Positions 54,395-58,647 of a stretch of 58,647 bases of DNA are shown here, one piece after another. The DNA is taken from positions 1 through 58,647 of the IMG/VR virus record IMGVR_UViG_3300034012_002112. The stretch is one strand, 5' to 3'. The notes under the pieces are model-generated. The model worked only from the letters and a program-made list of their open reading frames with translations. It made no database searches and was not told the DNA's origin. Origin of the DNA: a virus (Duplodnaviria > Caudoviricetes). Made by a program: the position numbers and the translations under genes. The stretch's first letter is position 1, and every line of letters begins with the position of its first letter.

Positions 54395-55924
54395 GTGCCT
54401 TCCTACGTACATCTTGCGTATCGCCGCAACGCAAAAGCTGCTGCGCAGAAGTACAACGTTAAGCCACAGAAAAACTTAGAAGCTATTGAGCGTGCTCGCG
54501 AAGACTTTAGTTACTTTTGCGAGTTCATGGATGAAAAGAAAAAACCCGCCAGGCACCACCTGGATTGGCATCGGCATTTTATTACGAACGAAGATAGTAA
54601 TTGCCTGATCAAGATTGCTGGACCCAATATTGATCTTCTTGCTCCCCGTGGTTCTGCTAAAAGTACAGTTCTTGGCTTGTTGACGGCATGGGCTATTGGT
54701 ATTCACGCCCAAGCAAAACTTCCACTGCAGATTCTTTATCTGTCCTACACGGTTGATATTGCTCGCTCCAAGTCGGCAACCATCAAAAGAATTATTGAAA
54801 GTAAACGGTACCAAGAAGTTTTTCCTACCGTCCGCCTTCTGAAGAACGTCACCAGTAACGAGTACTGGTCCATTGATCACAAGTTTGCCGGCATTGACGT
54901 AACCGGTGATGAACAGTTCACGCTCTGTGCTGCTGGTCTAAAGGGTTCGGTGACCTCCAAGCGTTCTCATCTTGTGATGATTGATGACGCTATCAAGTCA
55001 GCCGCTGATATCTCTAACCCTGACATCCGAAAGATGATGCAGGATAACTGGAACGCGGTGATTGCTCCCACCATGTTTGAGGGCGCAAGGGCGATCTGTC
55101 TTGGGACGCGCTTCCGTCATGACGACATTCACTCCACAACTTTTAACGAGCAAAACAACTGGACGCAAATTGTTCTTTCTGCCATCCAGACAGATCCCAA
55201 AACAGGGGATGAAGAATCCTACTGGCCAGAAATGTGGTCCCTGGATTACCTAAAGGAAAAGAAACGGCAGGCACCTATTGCCTTCTCTTTCCAGTACATG
55301 AATCAGGTCGTCAGACAGAACGAACTGTCCCTGGCGCCAGAGCTGATTGTTAAGGCTGAGATTGCAACTGAGTTTGATGCGCTTGGGATTGGTGTTGACC
55401 TTTCAGCGGGTGTGAAGGAAAAGAATGACTACACGGTAATGGTCCTGGGAGGACGCATTGGAGATCGCATCCATATCATCGATTACCGGCGCATTCGCGT
55501 CATGGGCAACCTTGAAAAGCTGGATGCCATGAAAGAATTGCTCAATGACTGGTCAGTACTTGGCCGTGACGACAACGGAAATTACTTCCCAACTTACTCA
55601 ACGTGTGATATCTGGTCAGAAGCTGTCCAGTATCAGGCCTCCCTGGAGGCTGACTTCAAACGGGTTTGCTTGAATAATGAAGGTCTGTACAACCTCATCT
55701 GGCATCCAGTCAAAGGTTTCCGTGCAGACAAGTTGGCACGGTTTAGGGGCATCATCGGTATGTTTGAAGATCGCAAGATCATCTTCAACCGTTTCCGGAA
55801 CTTCACAAATCTCTTCGAGGAACTCACAAATTTCGGCGTCAGTAGTCATGACGACTGTGTTGATGCGCTTGTATGGTTGGTAACTGGTTTGGCCAGGAAG
55901 GGGCAATTGCATCTTGATTTCTAA
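54395..55924 (+). CDS. terL: terminase large subunit
   Basis: APRGSAKST Walker A, LVMIDD Walker B, GTR, GIGVDL, HDDCVDA. Confidence 0.93.
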   Translation: MPSYVHLAYRRNAKAAAQKYNVKPQKNLEAIERAREDFSYFCEFMDEKKKPARHHLDWHRHFITNEDSNCLIKIAGPNIDLLAPRGSAKSTVLGLLTAWAIGIHAQAKLPLQILYLSYTVDIARSKSATIKRIIESKRYQEVFPTVRLLKNVTSNEYWSIDHKFAGIDVTGDEQFTLCAAGLKGSVTSKRSHLVMIDDAIKSAADISNPDIRKMMQDNWNAVIAPTMFEGARAICLGTRFRHDDIHSTTFNEQNNWTQIVLSAIQTDPKTGDEESYWPEMWSLDYLKEKKRQAPIAFSFQYMNQVVRQNELSLAPELIVKAEIATEFDALGIGVDLSAGVKEKNDYTVMVLGGRIGDRIHIIDYRRIRVMGNLEKLDAMKELLNDWSVLGRDDNGNYFPTYSTCDIWSEAVQYQASLEADFKRVCLNNEGLYNLIWHPVKGFRADKLARFRGIIGMFEDRKIIFNRFRNFTNLFEELTNFGVSSHDDCVDALVWLVTGLARKGQLHLDF

Positions 55925-55958
55925 TTCTAGAATTGAAAGAAAGCAAATCGAAAAAATC

Positions 55959-56252
55959 GTGGGTCCCGAATACATCGCTCTGGCTTTAACAGCTATTGCT
56001 TCCGCCGTGAGCGGTGGCACCTGGGTAGCCAACAAAATTTTAAACCGTCAAACGCAGGATATCCAGCAGGCCTTTAACTACACCAATTCACAGAAACGAA
56101 GGATTGATCTCTTGGAAGACCAAATCAATCGCATGCCGCTGGACTACGTTCTCAAGGTTGATTTTTTAAGAGAAATCAAAGAAATGCATGATAACTTTCG
56201 CGAAATTAATAATAAGCTTGATAAGCTTATGGAAAAGCTTTTGACAAAATGA
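55959..56252 (+). CDS. TM plus coiled-coil protein
   Basis: N-terminal TM; MPLDYVLKVDF...KLDKL. Confidence 0.7.
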   Translation: MGPEYIALALTAIASAVSGGTWVANKILNRQTQDIQQAFNYTNSQKRRIDLLEDQINRMPLDYVLKVDFLREIKEMHDNFREINNKLDKLMEKLLTK

Positions 56253-56434
56253 CCTACATCCTCGAAGTGGAAGAAGACGAGAACGGCGAACAGTTCCTCA
56301 CCTTCCCTGAAGAATTGATGGAGGAGATGGGCTGGAGAGAAGGCGATATTCTTAATTGGGACATTCAAGGAGATGGCATTCATATCTCCAAGGTTGCGGA
56401 CCCTTCTTTGTATGAACTAGAAGAAGACGAGTAA
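56249..56434 (+). CDS. AbrB/MazE-type DNA-binding protein
   Basis: LTFPEELMEEMGWREGDILNW. Confidence 0.75.
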   Translation: MTYILEVEEDENGEQFLTFPEELMEEMGWREGDILNWDIQGDGIHISKVADPSLYELEEDE

Positions 56435-56459
56435 AATAGAAAAATCGACGTAAACGTAA

Positions 56460-56819
56460 ATGTTTTATACAACGCAACCAGGAGGATTCTACGGCGGTGG
56501 CATGGGCAACGAAGGTGCCATGCGCCCAGGTGGACTTCAAAATCTTGCTGGTAACCCATTCGGTGCGGATTTTGTTATCCAAAACCAACAGCGTCGTCCC
56601 GCTGGTGGCCCGCAGCTGAATCCTTTACAGCAACCCCCGGCTCGTATCTTCCCTAAAGATCAGCCTGGCCGCGAAGGCGCCATTGATATTCAGTTTCGTC
56701 AAGCCATGAATATCCCTGGTGCTCCAGGAAATATGGCTGGGATGGCAAACCCACAGTTCTTTTATGGCCCTCAGTACGGACAGGTTCCGGCTGGATTCCA
56801 GAACAAGATGGTGTCCTGA
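56460..56819 (+). CDS. G/P/Q-rich hypothetical protein
   Basis: 119 aa, TAAAAT upstream. Confidence 0.65.
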   Translation: MFYTTQPGGFYGGGMGNEGAMRPGGLQNLAGNPFGADFVIQNQQRRPAGGPQLNPLQQPPARIFPKDQPGREGAIDIQFRQAMNIPGAPGNMAGMANPQFFYGPQYGQVPAGFQNKMVS

Positions 56820-56977
56820 TGAAAACAAAGAAGCTGGTCAAGCGTGCGTTAAAGCATCCAGAGTTATACACTCCGGCTGAAATGACGTTCTTCAGTATCT
56901 GGCTTCGGAAAAAGAAAGAAGAAAAGAAAACTGCTAAGATCAAAAAAGCCAGGGAGCAACAAGTGAATGGCAACTGA
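56819..56977 (+). CDS. small basic protein
   Basis: MKTKKLVKRALKHPELYTPAEMTFF...; TGATG coupling. Confidence 0.65.
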   Translation: MKTKKLVKRALKHPELYTPAEMTFFSIWLRKKKEEKKTAKIKKAREQQVNGN

Positions 56978-58647
56978 CGCTAAGGCCAGACTCCAAGAGA
57001 TCATCAACGCCTACATCGAAAAAGAAGGAGGGGCTGTTGTTGATACCAGCGTCGTTGCCTCCCACCTGGCACAGATGAAATTGTTTGGCATCCGTCAGGG
57101 TGTCGAGTTTTTTCCTGGACAAGATAATTTTGGTAATCAACGGAAGGATTTTATCGACCGTGTGATCAAGTACAACCAGCTTGATACACGTCTGGATTCC
57201 ATTTGGGATTACTTCTTGTGTGACGGCAAAGGTATTTTTTACATTCGTCCCACAAAACAAAACTATCGTCTTTACTATTTCCGCGAGCACGAATACCGCA
57301 GCTTCTACAACGTAGACGGTGAGCTGGAAGAAGTCATTATTATCTACAGCTACAAGGTGCGGCGTGGCTTTGGTTTTGGTGACAACATCAATGTCACCAA
57401 TTTAAGCGGCAGTCCGATCACTGCTGACCAGGGCGCCAAGCGATATATCAAACTTTCGATCAAAGCTAAAGAGATTGAGGAGACCCATTCAGAGGGCGAA
57501 ATGTCCTTTGACCTCCCATCCTTTACGACTCCTGGTCGCACCAAGAAATTTAAAAATTCCCTTGGTTTTATTCCTTGCGTTGAGATCTTCAACAACCCCA
57601 AGGGATTTGCAATGGAAGGCTATGGCGAATTTGATGCCCTAGCAAATCACATTGTGACGCACGATGAGTTGGTGCGCACCATGCGGAAGAACGTTCAGTT
57701 CTTTGGTAACCCAACACTTCTGTCGTCTCGTCCTAAGACGGACCTGATGGAATCAGGTACTGATGGTACGGTGCAGCGTCCGTCCATTGCGGCGAACTCT
57801 GGCTTCGGCAGCATGAGTGCCTACAGTCGCTCTACCTTTAAACAAGATCCAATCACTCGCGGGGTTGACGGACAGATCCGCGTCCCACGCGTGATTGCAA
57901 ACCTGGAGCCAAACGACCGAGTTGGTTACATCGTTCCAGATGCTATTACTGGTGACCAAAACGCATTTGCCCGTCAGTACCGAGAAGAAATTCGTACTGC
58001 ACTTGGTGGCGTAGATGAGCTGTCAATTTCAGCAGGCGTTACCGCAACTGAATACAAATCACTGTTTGGTCGCGTTGCTGCAACATCGAAGAAAAAGGCA
58101 AATTCAATCTATACCCATGGATTGTGCCGCTGCTTAGAACTGATTATTTTCCAGGAAGAAAAGCTTTTCCGCGAATCTCTGGCAGCTGCTGCAGGTATTG
58201 AGAAGCCGGTGGAGCCAGCAGAAGGCGCTTCTGCAGATGAGCTGGATTTATATGAAGCTGCTTTAGATGGCTTCAACACTCAGCTGAAACAGCTGATGAT
58301 GGCTTCAGTGCAAACGCAACAGATTCCCCCTGGTGTCACCGGCCTGATTCCAGACGGTGATATCACCATTCTTTGGAGATGGTTAGGCCCCGTCTACGAA
58401 GATTCGACGCAAGATATTCTGAACAACTCCATTGTTGTTCGAAATCTGCAAGAATTAGGTGTTGATAGCATTGAAGCACTGAAATACCTCTTCCCGTCAA
58501 AAACGGATGAGGAACGGGCCGAGATGTTATCTGGGTTCCCGTTCAGGATGGTGAACGAATTACAGGGTGCATACTCTCAATTCGCTCGCTTAGTGGGGGG
58601 CATGATGCAGACCCCTCACCCGCAATCACCGGATTTACCGATGGCTG
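56967..58647 (+). CDS. probable portal protein (partial, runs off the window)
   Basis: Long frame MATDAKARLQEII...LGFIPCVEIFN...; follows terL; absent from track because it has no stop. Confidence 0.7.
   Translation, partial: MATDAKARLQEIINAYIEKEGGAVVDTSVVASHLAQMKLFGIRQGVEFFPGQDNFGNQRKDFIDRVIKYNQLDTRLDSIWDYFLCDGKGIFYIRPTKQNYRLYYFREHEYRSFYNVDGELEEVIIIYSYKVRRGFGFGDNINVTNLSGSPITADQGAKRYIKLSIKAKEIEETHSEGEMSFDLPSFTTPGRTKKFKNSLGFIPCVEIFNNPKGFAMEGYGEFDALANHIVTHDELVRTMRKNVQFFGNPTLLSSRPKTDLMESGTDGTVQRPSIAANSGFGSMSAYSRSTFKQDPITRGVDGQIRVPRVIANLEPNDRVGYIVPDAITGDQNAFARQYREEIRTALGGVDELSISAGVTATEYKSLFGRVAATSKKKANSIYTHGLCRCLELIIFQEEKLFRESLAAAAGIEKPVEPAEGASADELDLYEAALDGFNTQLKQLMMASVQTQQIPPGVTGLIPDGDITILWRWLGPVYEDSTQDILNNSIVVRNLQELGVDSIEALKYLFPSKTDEERAEMLSGFPFRMVNELQGAYSQFARLVGGMMQTPHPQSPDLPMA

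Noticed and set aside
1-58647. Alternative genetic code
   Set aside because: Core genes translate intact with the standard code and no suppressor tRNA is seen

Overview
The window is most of a tailed dsDNA cyanophage genome, probably lytic and probably infecting freshwater Synechococcus/Cyanobium. It carries hli, nblA-like, speD, thyX, dps and DUF4278-like genes, a T7-type DNA polymerase A with Tyr at the 762-equivalent site, and no integrase. Layout: tail fibres and lysis genes (1-5.3 kb); degenerate HNH pair, GT4, SpeD, primase-helicase and exonuclease (5.3-13.6 kb, minus); hli and a glycan/sugar-nucleotide cluster, basic proteins and an ncRNA/tRNA locus (13.6-21.3 kb, mostly plus); a long leftward early/replication arm (21.2-43.8 kb); a divergent switch region (43.8-44.5 kb); virion/ejection genes, large terminase and a partial portal (44.5-58.6 kb, plus). 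The most striking signal is a layer of RNA structure that the ORF track misses. Six copies of a covarying ~28-nt H-type pseudoknot sit about 20-37 nt upstream of start codons in the leftward arm. There are also three other structured leaders, two 165-180 nt multi-helix ncRNA candidates with their own -10 boxes, a tRNA mimic without a canonical anticodon arm, and two atypical tRNAs. Family names come from motif recognition by eye; no database search was run.
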